64,000 nt of DNA from the sequence record ON210139.1. One strand, written 5' to 3'. The number at the start of each line of letters is the position of its first letter. Positions within the stretch are counted from its first letter, which is position 1. Of the stretch, positions 30,844 to 40,637 are shown one piece after another. The position numbers were made by a program, and so were the translations under genes. The notes under the pieces are model-generated. The model did not search any database and was not told the DNA's origin. It saw only the letters and a program-made list of their open reading frames with translations. Source of the DNA: Escherichia phage EC128.

Positions 30844-31417
30844 AAGATTTCTCCATTATACGTATAAGGTCGTTCATAAATGAATTAATGTCTGATTTTG
30901 CTATTATTTTTATTTGACGAAGTTTTTCATTTTCAAGAACAGCAGCTTCATACGTATCGACCGCAGCAAGCGCTCCTTCATATTGAGGATATTTTTTAGC
31001 TTTATCGCCTTTATCATACCAAACATATGGATTATCATCGTATGATACTAAATTATAAAATTTTTCACCGTTTTCATTCACATGATATACTATTTGGTCT
31101 CCACCTACGTTTTTGTATTTTTGTATAGATGCTTGATAAGCAGCTTCTTGTGAAGTAATCCATCCATAATACGGGTCATAATTATCATTACACATCAATA
31201 AAACCCAATACAACTGCGGATTTCCATATATAGCATTTGCTAATTCTTCCGGGCGTGGTGAACCTTTAATATAATAAGTACGTAAGCGGTATCCCGCAAG
31301 AGCACGTTTGAAATAGTCTTTATAGTTTCTAAAAATATCTGTCATAGGAATAGTCGGCGCGTTTTTATTCACCGTTTTGGCCGCATATTCAATCGGATCA
31401 AAAAATGTAAAGAGCAT
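30827..31417 (-). CDS. 53: Baseplate wedge protein gp53
   Basis: 196 aa ORF; T4 position and length. Confidence 0.9.
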   Translation of the reverse strand: MLFTFFDPIEYAAKTVNKNAPTIPMTDIFRNYKDYFKRALAGYRLRTYYIKGSPRPEELANAIYGNPQLYWVLLMCNDNYDPYYGWITSQEAAYQASIQKYKNVGGDQIVYHVNENGEKFYNLVSYDDNPYVWYDKGDKAKKYPQYEGALAAVDTYEAAVLENEKLRQIKIIAKSDINSFMNDLIRIMEKSYGNDK

Positions 31418-31430
31418 GGGCCCTCCTGTT

Positions 31431-31453
31431 TATAAATATATTATCTATTTATA
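31431..31453. promoter_or_regulatory. Divergent late promoters: TATAAATA on plus (31431-31438) for gene 4 and on minus (31446-31453) for gene 53
   Basis: Two TATAAATA boxes in opposite orientation within the 47-nt gap between divergent genes 53 and 4. Confidence 0.6.
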
Positions 31454-31464
31454 AGGAGAATCCA

Positions 31465-31917
31465 ATGGCATATTCTGGAAAATGGGTTCCTAAAAATATA
31501 TCAAAATATAGAGGTGACCCTAAAAAAATTACGTATAGATCAAATTGGGAAAAATTCTTTTTTGAATGGTTAGATAAAAATCCAGAAATTATTGCATGGG
31601 GTAGTGAAACAGCAGTAATTCCTTATTTTTGTAATGCAGAAGGGAAAAAACGTAGATACTTCATGGATATTTGGATGAAAGATTCTTCTGGACAAGAATT
31701 TTTTATTGAAATAAAACCTAAAAAAGAAACACAACCACCAGTTAAACCAGCACATCTAACAACTGCAGCGAAGAAAAGATTTATGAATGAAATTTATACA
31801 TATTCCGTTAATACCGACAAATGGAAAGCAGCGCAAGCTTTAGCTGAAAAGCGTGGAATAAAATTTAGAATTCTAACAGAAGATGGATTACGAGCTCTTG
31901 GCTTTAAGGGGGCATAA
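31465..31917 (+). CDS. 4: Head completion protein gp4
   Basis: 150 aa ORF, GGAG RBS; T4 position and length. Confidence 0.9.
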   Translation: MAYSGKWVPKNISKYRGDPKKITYRSNWEKFFFEWLDKNPEIIAWGSETAVIPYFCNAEGKKRRYFMDIWMKDSSGQEFFIEIKPKKETQPPVKPAHLTTAAKKRFMNEIYTYSVNTDKWKAAQALAEKRGIKFRILTEDGLRALGFKGA

Positions 31918-32741
31918 TGGCTATTTTTCAAATAATTAATGAAAGCACTCCCCAAGTTCCAAAGGTTAAGCAATCATTAAACGAAAAGAAATGGATTCAG
32001 ATAGGTCTTGAATATAAAAAGGCCAAAGCAAAAGGAATGACAGGAAAGCAATTTGCTGAAGAAAGAGGAATCAAATACTCTACGTTTACTTCAGCAATGT
32101 CAAAATATGCTTCAGGAATTAAAACGGCTGAAAAGATTCAAAAGCTTGAATCAAAACCAATGAATAAACTCAATAAGCAAGAAAGACAACTGCTTATGAT
32201 AAATTCATTCAGACAAACATTGCGTGATAAAATTCGTAATGAAGGTGCAGCAATTAATAATAAAACCAGAAAGTGGTTTGCTGAAACTATTAAGCAAGTA
32301 AAAGGACATAAAGTTGTTCGCCCGCAGCCGGGACGAATATATGCTTTTGCTTATGATGCTAAACACAAGGAAACTCTTCCTTATTGGGATAAATTTCCTT
32401 TGATAATTTACCTTGGTTTAGGTAAGCATAATTTAATGTACGGATTAAACTTGCACTATATTCCACCTAAAGCTCGTCAGCAATTCCTAGAAGAGCTTTT
32501 AAAGCAATATGCAAATACACCTACTATTACTAATAAAACGAAATTAAAAATTGATTGGAGTCAAGTGAAAGGATTTAGGGGTGCAGACCAAATGATTAAG
32601 GCATATATACCTGGTAATATTATGGGTAGCCTTGTTGAAATCGCCCCGAAAGATTGGGCGAACGTTGTGTTGATGCCACTCCAAAGCTTCTACTCAAAAG
32701 GAAAACGTTTCTCTGCAAACAAAGTCTGGTCAAATATCTAA
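31917..32741 (+). CDS. 2: DNA end protector protein gp2
   Basis: 274 aa ORF; T4 position and length. Confidence 0.9.
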   Translation: MAIFQIINESTPQVPKVKQSLNEKKWIQIGLEYKKAKAKGMTGKQFAEERGIKYSTFTSAMSKYASGIKTAEKIQKLESKPMNKLNKQERQLLMINSFRQTLRDKIRNEGAAINNKTRKWFAETIKQVKGHKVVRPQPGRIYAFAYDAKHKETLPYWDKFPLIIYLGLGKHNLMYGLNLHYIPPKARQQFLEELLKQYANTPTITNKTKLKIDWSQVKGFRGADQMIKAYIPGNIMGSLVEIAPKDWANVVLMPLQSFYSKGKRFSANKVWSNI

Positions 32742-32847
32742 TTCTATTATCTTCCATTCTTTTCTGTTGTTTGTTCTAAATGGAATTGAATGGAAGGGAC
32801 TTAGACCCATTATACCACCAACAGTTATAAAGCATTATGAGGAATAT

Positions 32848-33378
32848 ATGTCGCAAGCTCTGCAACAAATTTTTAACCAAGCAAATACAACTAACTTTGT
32901 AGTATCAATACCACATAGTAATACTACATCTGCTTTTACTTTAAATGCTCAGTCAGTTCCTATTCCAGGAATTAGAATACCTGTTACTGATACCGTGACT
33001 GGGCCGTTTGGATTGGGCCGAGCACAACGTCCAGGTGTTACATTTGAGTATGATCCACTCATTGTGAGATTTATAGTTGATGAAGAACTTAAATCATGGA
33101 TAGGAATGTATGAATGGATGCTAGGAACTAGCAACTATCTTACAGGTGAAAATACTGCCCAAAAAACAGGTCCTGAGTACATTACGCTTTACATCTTAGA
33201 TAATAGCAAAACTGAAATCGTGATGTCAATAAATTTTTATAAGCCTTGGGTTTCTGACCTATCTGAAGTAGAATTTAGCTACACAGAAGATTCAGACCCG
33301 GCTTTAGTATGTACTGCAACGATTCCTTACACATATTTTCAAGTAGAAAAAGATGGAAAAATTATAGCAGAAGTTTAA
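32848..33378 (+). CDS. 3: Tail completion / sheath stabiliser gp3
   Basis: Start at MSQALQQ (ATG 32848) gives 176 aa, the recalled T4 gp3 length; the track ORF starts 27 codons earlier. Confidence 0.8.
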   Translation: MSQALQQIFNQANTTNFVVSIPHSNTTSAFTLNAQSVPIPGIRIPVTDTVTGPFGLGRAQRPGVTFEYDPLIVRFIVDEELKSWIGMYEWMLGTSNYLTGENTAQKTGPEYITLYILDNSKTEIVMSINFYKPWVSDLSEVEFSYTEDSDPALVCTATIPYTYFQVEKDGKIIAEV

Positions 33379-33427
33379 TGCTTCAGTTTTGTGTGTTATA
33401 ATCTTAATTAAATTTGAGGAGAAACAC

Positions 33428-34140
33428 ATGAAACTAATCTTTTTAAGCGGTGTAAAGCGTAGTGGAAAAGATACTACTGCTGATTTTATCATGAGCAATT
33501 ATTCTGCAGTTAAATACCAACTTGCTGGTCCTATTAAGGATGCATTGGCTTATGCATGGGGAGTATTTGCAGCAAACACTGACTATCCTTGCTTAACTCG
33601 TAAAGAGTTTGAAGGAATTGACTATGATCGTGAGACTAATTTAAATCTGACTAAATCAGAAGTAATCACGATTATGGAACAAGCATTTTGCTATCTTAAC
33701 GGTAAAAGCCCAATTAAAGGTGTGTTTGTTTTTGATGACGCAGTTAATTTCGTAGCATTTAACAAGATTGCTGACGTTATAAATAATATTGAAGATCAAT
33801 GGTCAGTCCGTCGTCTGATGCAAGCCCTAGGTACGGATTTGATTGTTAATAACTTCGACCGCATGTATTGGGTAAAATTATTTGCTTTAGATTATCTTGA
33901 TAAATTTAACTCAGGTTATGATTATTATATCGTTCCTGATACTCGTCAAGATCATGAAATGGATGCGGCTAGGGCGATGGGTGCTACAGTAATTCATGTA
34001 GTTCGTCCTGGTCAAAAATCCAATGATACTCATATTACAGAAGCTGGATTGCCAATTCGTGATGGCGATTTAGTAATTACAAACGATGGTTCTCTTGAAG
34101 AACTTTTTTCTAAAATTAAAAATACACTAAAGGTACTATA

Positions 34141-34141
<1 letters not shown>
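33428..34141 (+). CDS. 1: Deoxynucleoside monophosphate kinase gp1
   Basis: Start at MKLIFLSGVKRSGKDTTADF (P-loop) after a GAGGAG RBS; about 237 aa. Confidence 0.9.
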
Positions 34142-34838
<697 letters not shown>

Positions 34839-34850
34839 TTTCACAAAGTT

Positions 34851-34890
34851 GTTTACATACTGATGAGGTAGTGATACTATTATCTCATCA
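34851..34890 (+). promoter_or_regulatory. Early promoter with stem-loop (PeSL-like) upstream of ipI
   Basis: -35 GTTTACA, -10 TGATACTAT embedded in the inverted repeat TGATGAGg...tCTCATCA. Confidence 0.6.
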
Positions 34891-34910
34891 AAATTAATTA
34901 GGAAAATAAA

Positions 34911-35198
34911 ATGAAAACTTTCAAAGAATTTACTTCTACAACTACCCCGGTTTCTACTATTACTGAAGCTACTCTTACTTCTGAAGTTATTAAAGCAAAT
35001 AAAGGACGAGAAGGTAAACCAATGATTAGTTTAGTTGATAGCGAAGAAATCAAAGGTACTGTTTACCTAGGTGATGGGTGGTCTGCTAAAAAGGATGGTG
35101 CTACAATCGTTATCTCTCCTGCTGAAGAAACTGCGTTGTTTAAAGCTAAACACATTTCTGCGGCACATCTCAAGATTATTGCTAAAAATCTTTTGTAA
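34911..35198 (+). CDS. ipI: Internal protein I (capsid-targeted)
   Basis: 95 aa ORF; N-terminal capsid-targeting leader ending ITE|A (gp21 protease site); body matches recalled T4 IPI. Confidence 0.85.
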   Translation: MKTFKEFTSTTTPVSTITEATLTSEVIKANKGREGKPMISLVDSEEIKGTVYLGDGWSAKKDGATIVISPAEETALFKAKHISAAHLKIIAKNLL

Positions 35199-35216
35199 TA
35201 AATATTTCACAAAGTT

Positions 35217-35255
35217 GTTTACATAGGGTTTTAGTAGTGATACTATTACCCTATC
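35217..35255 (+). promoter_or_regulatory. Early promoter with stem-loop (PeSL-like)
   Basis: -35 GTTTACA, -10 TGATACTAT inside the inverted repeat ATAGGGT...ACCCTAT; near-duplicate of the module at 34841-34890. Confidence 0.6.
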
Positions 35256-35274
35256 AACTACTGAGGAGAATAAA

Positions 35275-35460
35275 ATGAAACGTTGTGAATTAATTCGAAA
35301 TGTTGCTATTGCAATTTCTGCTTCTGCTTTTAGTTTTTCAATGTTTGTTGGATTTATATGTGGATTATTAACTACAGCAGAAAATGTGTTTTCACTTGTA
35401 GTAGCATTTTTAATTGGTTTAATCGCTATCGTTATGGATAAAATTTCTAAAGGTGAATAG
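35275..35460 (+). CDS. Small hydrophobic protein (two predicted TM segments)
   Basis: 61 aa ORF, GAGGAG RBS, hydrophobic stretches ISASAFSFSMFVGFICGLL and VVAFLIGLIAIV. Confidence 0.5.
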   Translation: MKRCELIRNVAIAISASAFSFSMFVGFICGLLTTAENVFSLVVAFLIGLIAIVMDKISKGE

Positions 35461-35461
35461 A

Positions 35462-35842
35462 ATGTATAAAGTGTATGCGGATTATCAGGCTAATCCATCT
35501 GAAAAGCCAGGTTGTCAAATTGGATGGGCTCATGATACTTTGCTTGAAGCAGTAGATGCTGCCCAAAAATTGGGATATAAATATGTAGAGATTGTTCAAC
35601 CGTCAGGAAAAGTTATTACTCTTGAAGAGTTCAATAATATTAAACCAAACTTTTTACTTTTTGCAGGTGATAATTATTATCCTCGTGGTGGATATGCTGA
35701 TTTAATCGCGAAAGCCGCTACCGAAGATGAACTTCGTGATATTATTAAAGAAAATGAAAATAAACCGATGTATGGTTCTAATCGTTTTGACTGGTGGCAA
35801 ATTGTAAATGCCCATACGCATACTATTGTTGATGAAGGTTGA
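35462..35842 (+). CDS. Hypothetical protein
   Basis: ORF with AGGTGA RBS before ATG 35462 (track start 35453 is 3 codons earlier). Confidence 0.5.
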   Translation: MYKVYADYQANPSEKPGCQIGWAHDTLLEAVDAAQKLGYKYVEIVQPSGKVITLEEFNNIKPNFLLFAGDNYYPRGGYADLIAKAATEDELRDIIKENENKPMYGSNRFDWWQIVNAHTHTIVDEG

Positions 35843-35844
35843 TA

Positions 35845-36132
35845 ATGATTCTTTATGCGAAAGTATCATCCATTGAAAATGGATATAAATATGATCAAGA
35901 AGCAGCTAAAGCCTTGATTGATGATTATGGCATTTTAACATATTTTGAAGTTGAAAAGGTTTACATTGACCGTTCATCTTCTCAAGTTAAATTAGTAAAG
36001 GAAGACCGTAAATTTAATACAGTAAATTTTGATTTCTTTATTGAAACAGAAAAAGGTCCTCTTGAATATGATATTTTCAAGAATCCTTTGGGTCTTGAAT
36101 GCATCGTAAATATGTATTATCATAAATGGTAA
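35845..36132 (+). CDS. Hypothetical protein
   Basis: Track ORF starts at a TTG (35839); the first ATG at 35845 has a GAAGG RBS. Confidence 0.45.
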   Translation: MILYAKVSSIENGYKYDQEAAKALIDDYGILTYFEVEKVYIDRSSSQVKLVKEDRKFNTVNFDFFIETEKGPLEYDIFKNPLGLECIVNMYYHKW

Positions 36133-36229
36133 ATATGCTTTAAGAATTATTTGTTATTATTAACTCATATCGCACTGATTAATACCCTCTATCATCAAGG
36201 GTTCTTGCTTAAGAGCCTTTGTTAATAAT

Positions 36230-36302
36230 TGGGAATTAGCCAAGTTGGTAAGGCACTGGATTTTGATTCCAGGATGCAAAGGTTCGAGTCCTTTATTCCC
36301 AG
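36230..36302 (+). tRNA. tRNA-Gln (anticodon UUG)
   Basis: Cloverleaf with acceptor TGGGAAT/ATTCCCA, anticodon loop TTTTGAT, T-arm GGTTCGAGTCC. Confidence 0.85.
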
Positions 36303-36303
36303 C

Positions 36304-36390
36304 GCGAGAATGGTCAAATTGGTAAAGGCACAGCACTTAAAATGCTGCGGAATGATTTCCTTGTGGGTTCGAGTCCCACTTCTCGCACCA
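36304..36390 (+). tRNA. tRNA-Leu (anticodon UAA), type II with long variable arm, CCA encoded
   Basis: Acceptor GCGAGAA/TTCTCGC, anticodon loop CTTAAAA, long variable arm, T-arm GGTTCGAGTCC. Confidence 0.85.
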
Positions 36391-36395
36391 AATTT

Positions 36396-36469
<74 letters not shown>

Positions 36470-36479
36470 ATTTAATTTA

Positions 36480-36553
36480 CTCCGTGTAGCTCAGTTTGGT
36501 AGAGCGTCTGCTTTGGGAGCAGAATGTCGTAGGTTCAAATCCTGCCACGGAGA
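36480..36553 (+). tRNA. tRNA-Pro (anticodon UGG)
   Basis: Acceptor CTCCGTG/CACGGAG, D-arm TAGCTCAGTTTGGTAGAGC, anticodon loop TTTGGGA. Confidence 0.85.
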
Positions 36554-36555
36554 CT

Positions 36556-36642
36556 GGAGGCGTGGCAGAGTGGTTTAATGCACCGGTCTTGAAAACCGGC
36601 AGTCGCTCCGGCGACTCATAGGTTCAAATCCTATCGCCTCCG
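36556..36642 (+). tRNA. tRNA-Ser (anticodon UGA), type II
   Basis: Acceptor GGAGGCG/CGCCTCC, anticodon loop CTTGAAA, long variable arm. Confidence 0.85.
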
Positions 36643-36644
36643 TT

Positions 36645-36720
36645 GCTGATTTAGCTCAGTAGGTAGAGCAACTCACTTGTAATGAGAAGGTCGGCGGTTC
36701 GATTCCGTCAATCAGCACCA
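36645..36720 (+). tRNA. tRNA-Thr (anticodon UGU), CCA encoded
   Basis: Acceptor GCTGATT/AATCAGC, anticodon loop CTTGTAA, T-arm GGTTCGATTCC. Confidence 0.85.
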
Positions 36721-36721
36721 A

Positions 36722-36793
36722 GGCCCTGTAGCTGGAAGGTTCAAGCAAGCGACTCATAATCGCCAGATGGTGGTTCAATTCCACCCAGGGCCA
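36722..36793 (+). tRNA. tRNA-Ile (anticodon CAU, presumably lysidine-modified as in T4)
   Basis: Acceptor GGCCCTG/CAGGGCC, anticodon loop CTCATAA; T4 encodes a CAU-anticodon tRNA-Ile (established knowledge). Confidence 0.75.
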
Positions 36794-36834
36794 TATTTTG
36801 GGAACATAAATACTCTTAGAAATAGGAGATATTT

Positions 36835-37500
36835 ATGTTCCATTACACTTATAAAATAACAAATAAAATTAATAATAAAATTTATATTGGTGTGCATTCT
36901 ACCGAAAATTTAGATGATGGATATATGGGTTCTGGTAAATTATTAAAAAGAGCCCAAGATAAATATGGTATAGAAAATTTTTCTAAAGAAATATTAGAGT
37001 ATTTTGATGATAAAGAATCTATGCTTGAAGCCGAGAAAAATATTGTCACAGAAGAGTTTTTAAATAGACCAGATGTGTATAATTTAAAACTTGGCGGTGA
37101 AGGTGGATGGGACCATATAAATATTCCTGGGATGCTAAACCAGAAGAAAGACGCTAGTTTAAAAGGAGCTAAATCGTTTAAGTCACGTTTTAAAAATGAT
37201 ATTTTACTTCAAGAAAAATATCGTAAACATGGTTCAAATGTATTTAAACGCTTGTGGTCAACTCCTGAATACAGGGAAAAATTTTTAAATAATAGCAGAT
37301 TTTTAAATAAGCATCATACTCCTGAAACTATTAATAAAATGAAAGAATCTCACGCCAGAAATAAACACCAACAGGGCGAAAAGAATTCCCAATTTGGTAT
37401 GATGTGGATTCATTCATTAGATGAAAAAGTTTCTAAACGTATTAAGAAAACTGACCCAATTCCAGAAGGATGGTTTAAAGGTCGAAAAATGAAATTTTAA
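36835..37500 (+). CDS. segB: GIY-YIG homing endonuclease SegB inside the tRNA cluster
   Basis: 221 aa ORF with GIY-YIG motif YTYKITNKINNKIYIGVHS; located between the tRNA subclusters as in T4. Confidence 0.85.
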   Translation: MFHYTYKITNKINNKIYIGVHSTENLDDGYMGSGKLLKRAQDKYGIENFSKEILEYFDDKESMLEAEKNIVTEEFLNRPDVYNLKLGGEGGWDHINIPGMLNQKKDASLKGAKSFKSRFKNDILLQEKYRKHGSNVFKRLWSTPEYREKFLNNSRFLNKHHTPETINKMKESHARNKHQQGEKNSQFGMMWIHSLDEKVSKRIKKTDPIPEGWFKGRKMKF

Positions 37501-37503
37501 TTA

Positions 37504-37580
<77 letters not shown>

Positions 37581-37894
37581 AACAAGAAGCCGGGTCGCTA
37601 CCGGTAAGTCGTCGGACTGATGTTCCCTGAGTAAGGAATTGCGTTAATAATCTTTGCGTTTATTGATGCCCTCTTACATCACAGCAGAAACGGCGCACCG
37701 AATTATCGATTCGAGGAAATATCTTTGCCGTAAGCCGAGTAGCGTTTTTGACGGAACGTTCGGATATGGTCGAGATATGGCCTTTTAAAAATATTGAGTA
37801 GCGTCAACTACTTAATAACCGGGTTCAAGTCCCGGCGTTTCGTACAAACACTTGCCTTAGCAGGTGGAACCCCGACAAGGTTGCCGCAAGGCTT
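37581..37894 (+). ncRNA. Stable small RNA region (candidate equivalents of T4 RNA species C and D)
   Basis: About 310 nt without ORFs downstream of tRNA-Arg, containing a tRNA-like T-arm (CCGGGTTCAAGTCCCGG) and hairpins; T4 carries two stable RNAs here; boundaries not determined. Confidence 0.4.
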
Positions 37895-37922
37895 AGCCCC
37901 GACCGAAAGGTTGGGGCTTTTT
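37895..37922 (+). terminator. Rho-independent terminator after the tRNA / stable RNA cluster
   Basis: AGCCCCGACC-gaaa-GGTTGGGGCT hairpin followed by a T run. Confidence 0.75.
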
Positions 37923-37924
37923 AG

Positions 37925-37932
37925 TATAAATA
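37925..37932 (+). promoter_or_regulatory. Late promoter (TATAAATA)
   Basis: TATAAATA 37 nt upstream of the ATG at 37969. Confidence 0.55.
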
Positions 37933-37968
37933 AGTATATTAAAACCACGATTTAAAACAGGAAATAAG

Positions 37969-38262
37969 ATGAAATCATATGCTCAATTTTTAAATGAAGC
38001 GGTGTTAAATGAAGCATCTAGCACCGAAATTCAAGCTGTCGCAAAAGCAGCCATTGCCGCGGGTAAATATTCCTATAAAGATGCTTCCGATGAATCGCGA
38101 TTCCAGTTCGCACGCGACATGAAAGCGGAAGGATTTACGGGAAATGCAGTTAGTATGGCCTGGAAAAGTTTAGTTGCTACTGGAGCTGCTTTTGCAAAGG
38201 CTTCAGGTAAACCTGCTCCTAAAGCAGATCCTAAAGCTGCACAAGAAAAAAAATATTGTTAA
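37969..38262 (+). CDS. Internal-protein-like gene with capsid-targeting leader; frame appears broken at an A8 run, with the continuation open to 38443
   Basis: N-terminus MKSYAQFLNEAVLNEA resembles the T4 internal-protein capsid-targeting sequence with L-x-E sites; A8 tract at 38248-38255 separates it from an overlapping frame (track ORF 38174-38443). Confidence 0.55.
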   Translation: MKSYAQFLNEAVLNEASSTEIQAVAKAAIAAGKYSYKDASDESRFQFARDMKAEGFTGNAVSMAWKSLVATGAAFAKASGKPAPKADPKAAQEKKYC

Positions 38263-38450
38263 AGGAATTATCTCCAAATATGAAGCTATCCTTAAAGAGC
38301 TTTTAGTAATCAAAACTGAAGGCCAAAAGCTAGCTCGTGCTTATAGTTTCAAAGATAATCCGCATGCTCATGACCTAGAGTATGTTGAAGACATCCAAAA
38401 AATTATTAAAGACCGCATTTGGTCTGCTAAACAAATCAAATAACATTCTT

Positions 38451-38477
38451 AGCCCCGACCAAAAGGTTGGGGCTTTT
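38451..38477 (+). terminator. Rho-independent terminator, near-identical copy of the one at 37895
   Basis: AGCCCCGACC-aaaa-GGTTGGGGCTTTT; direct repeat of the hairpin at 37895-37922. Confidence 0.7.
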
Positions 38478-38610
38478 GGTATCTAGGCCTTTCTGGGCCT
38501 CTCTAGGCATTATTTAGTTTCTACCCTTTATAATATATTATCCTATCTTTTAATTGCCCCTCCTGACCCTAGAATTCCCTAAAACTTTTTAAAAATTTTT
38601 TCACAAAACT

Positions 38611-38645
38611 GTTTACATCCCTGTTCTTCCATGGTACTATACAAC
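38611..38645 (+). promoter_or_regulatory. Early promoter (PeSL-like module with conserved leader)
   Basis: -35 GTTTACA, -10 TGGTACTAT, followed by the leader GGTACTATACAACTATCAACTAC also present at 53388 and 55527. Confidence 0.6.
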
Positions 38646-38683
38646 TATCAACTACTGATACAGAAAACAACTTGGAGAACGAA

Positions 38684-38947
38684 ATGGATAATTACGGCGA
38701 ACTGTTCAACTTCTTTATGAAATGTGTTTCAGAAGATTTCGGTCGTACAGTGAATGATATTAAAGTTATCGGTCCTGATCATCCGATGTTTGAAACTTAT
38801 GCGGTAATGGGCAATGAAGACGGTCAGTGGTATACTGTAAAGGTTGTGATTAACATGTTCACTGCTGAAAGTTATGTTAAACTGTCTTCTAAAGTTTACC
38901 ATGATAACGACGAAATCGCAGAAGAATATTTCAATAATATGAAATAA
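38684..38947 (+). CDS. Hypothetical protein
   Basis: ORF with GGAG RBS before ATG 38684 (track start 38672). Confidence 0.5.
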   Translation: MDNYGELFNFFMKCVSEDFGRTVNDIKVIGPDHPMFETYAVMGNEDGQWYTVKVVINMFTAESYVKLSSKVYHDNDEIAEEYFNNMK

Positions 38948-38985
38948 GTTTACATAGGCTCATGATTGAGATATTATGAGCCTAT
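38948..38985 (+). promoter_or_regulatory. Early promoter inside a stem-loop (PeSL-like)
   Basis: -35 GTTTACA and -10 TATTAT enclosed by the 9-bp inverted repeat TAGGCTCAT...ATGAGCCTA. Confidence 0.6.
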
Positions 38986-39003
38986 ACAAATGAGGAAAAC
39001 ATT

Positions 39004-39339
39004 ATGAAACGTAACTTTAGTAAAGCTTTTTGTAATAGAAATAATTATCCTGAAGAGCTTTTTGAATCTAAGGAATTTAAAGAGTTTAACGAACGTTCTC
39101 AAAACATGCCTGTACAATGGGTGTTAGATTATGCCAATCGTATCTTTGAAGGTGTGCGGGATATTTGTCCTGATGATGAAACTCCTTATTTTAAAAAGGC
39201 TTGGGAACTCGTCAATCAAGCATATATCAATGCTTCAGAATCTTATAAAGGTACTGACGATGATTTTACTTTATTGGCTATCAATGATGCCGTTATCGAG
39301 GCCATTGACGTCTTTATCGATGAGATAGACGAAGAATAA
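39004..39339 (+). CDS. Hypothetical acidic protein
   Basis: 111 aa ORF downstream of an early promoter. Confidence 0.5.
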   Translation: MKRNFSKAFCNRNNYPEELFESKEFKEFNERSQNMPVQWVLDYANRIFEGVRDICPDDETPYFKKAWELVNQAYINASESYKGTDDDFTLLAINDAVIEAIDVFIDEIDEE

Positions 39340-39370
39340 GTTTACAATCTATTAAAAACGTGATATTATC
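39340..39370 (+). promoter_or_regulatory. Early promoter
   Basis: -35 GTTTACA, -10 TGATATTAT at T4-early spacing. Confidence 0.5.
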
Positions 39371-39396
39371 TAATTGTATCAATCTAAGGAAATACT

Positions 39397-39990
39397 ATGA
39401 ACACACTGAAGAAAATTGTTGAGTTTATTCGCACTAAACTTGGTTCTGCTATGGCTAAAAATCTATCTGTTGAAGAACAGTATACTGCTGCAGCAGCAAA
39501 ACTACTTGATAAGATTAAAGATCTAAAAACTGCTTCTGTTAAATCTATTAATGAAGAAAAGCGTATTCGTGAACTTATTGTCGAAAAGAATAAGCAGGCC
39601 GAATCAAAAGAGCGTGAAATTCGCAAGCTTCTTTCGGAAGGTCAAGATGTAACAATGCATGCTAAACTTGGTTTACTATATCGTCGAACAGCTGAGCAGT
39701 TGACTACTAAAGCTGATGGTTATGCTGAAATGCGAATTGAAATCGCCAAGAAAGTAGTTGAGTTAGATGATGCTCGCCAAGAACTTGCAGTTAAATTGGA
39801 ATATATCCGTGAAACTCGCGCCGCGAATGCCCTCGGAATTAGTACTGCCGATGATGTAGTTGAAATTGCAGCACTGACTAAGGTTGATATTGAAGATACT
39901 CTTGCTCGAGTTGAAACCTTTAATGGTAATATTTCTGGGGTTGAAACTACCTCTGCCGATGTCCAGGAATATATTAATTCTCTGAAATAA
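39397..39990 (+). CDS. Hypothetical coiled-coil protein
   Basis: 197 aa ORF, heptad-rich, ends before a GGGGC-ttcg-GCCCC hairpin. Confidence 0.5.
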
Positions 39991-39999
39991 TGATAAGGG

Positions 40000-40016
40000 G
40001 CTTCGGCCCCTATTAC
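40000..40016 (+). terminator. Hairpin terminator
   Basis: AGGGGC-ttcg-GCCCCT immediately after the stop at 39990. Confidence 0.5.
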
Positions 40017-40031
40017 TTGGAGTAAATAGGA

Positions 40032-40637
40032 ATGAAAATGCAAAGTGATTTCAATTCAATGTTTGAAGAGTTCCAAAGACAGGTTGATGTTCCAGATCAA
40101 TTACTAAATGCTCTTAAACGTATGGCAGAAGGACGTAATTACTATTGGGGGTCTTCATACGAAACTGATGAAAGTCTTTCTGGATTTTATAAAGGTAAAA
40201 AGTCTTTAATACGTCCTGGAATACTCATTAAAAGTATTGAATCAATTCATTCATTGACGTGTGATTTTGATGTTGAATTTACTGATTTCATTTCTCCTGA
40301 ATGGACAGTTTGTTATTTAAATGACGATTATGATTATCTTGGCGTTTACAGTTTAAGTGACGCATGGTTTAAACGTAATTTACAAAAGTCAAATTTGTTC
40401 TATATTGATACTACGGTAAAATTTCAGGGAAAGAAATATTTCTTTACTCTTATAGTTGACTCTGAAACAAAATATGAAAATAAGCGTATTCTTAATAAAA
40501 AGAATATCTTAACTATCGTTGATGATCTTTTTGATAAATTCGTGGAAAATCCTAATTTTGAAAGCGATTTATTATTAGAAAAATTTGTTAAGGAATGTAG
40601 AGAATATGTCAAAGCCATCACTATACCTTCCAAGTAA
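40032..40637 (+). CDS. Hypothetical protein
   Basis: 201 aa ORF with RBS. Confidence 0.5.
   Translation: MKMQSDFNSMFEEFQRQVDVPDQLLNALKRMAEGRNYYWGSSYETDESLSGFYKGKKSLIRPGILIKSIESIHSLTCDFDVEFTDFISPEWTVCYLNDDYDYLGVYSLSDAWFKRNLQKSNLFYIDTTVKFQGKKYFFTLIVDSETKYENKRILNKKNILTIVDDLFDKFVENPNFESDLLLEKFVKECREYVKAITIPSK

Noticed and set aside
35839-35844. Track start codon for the 35839 ORF is TTG
   Set aside because: A canonical ATG with a GAAGG RBS lies two codons downstream (35845), so that start is preferred.
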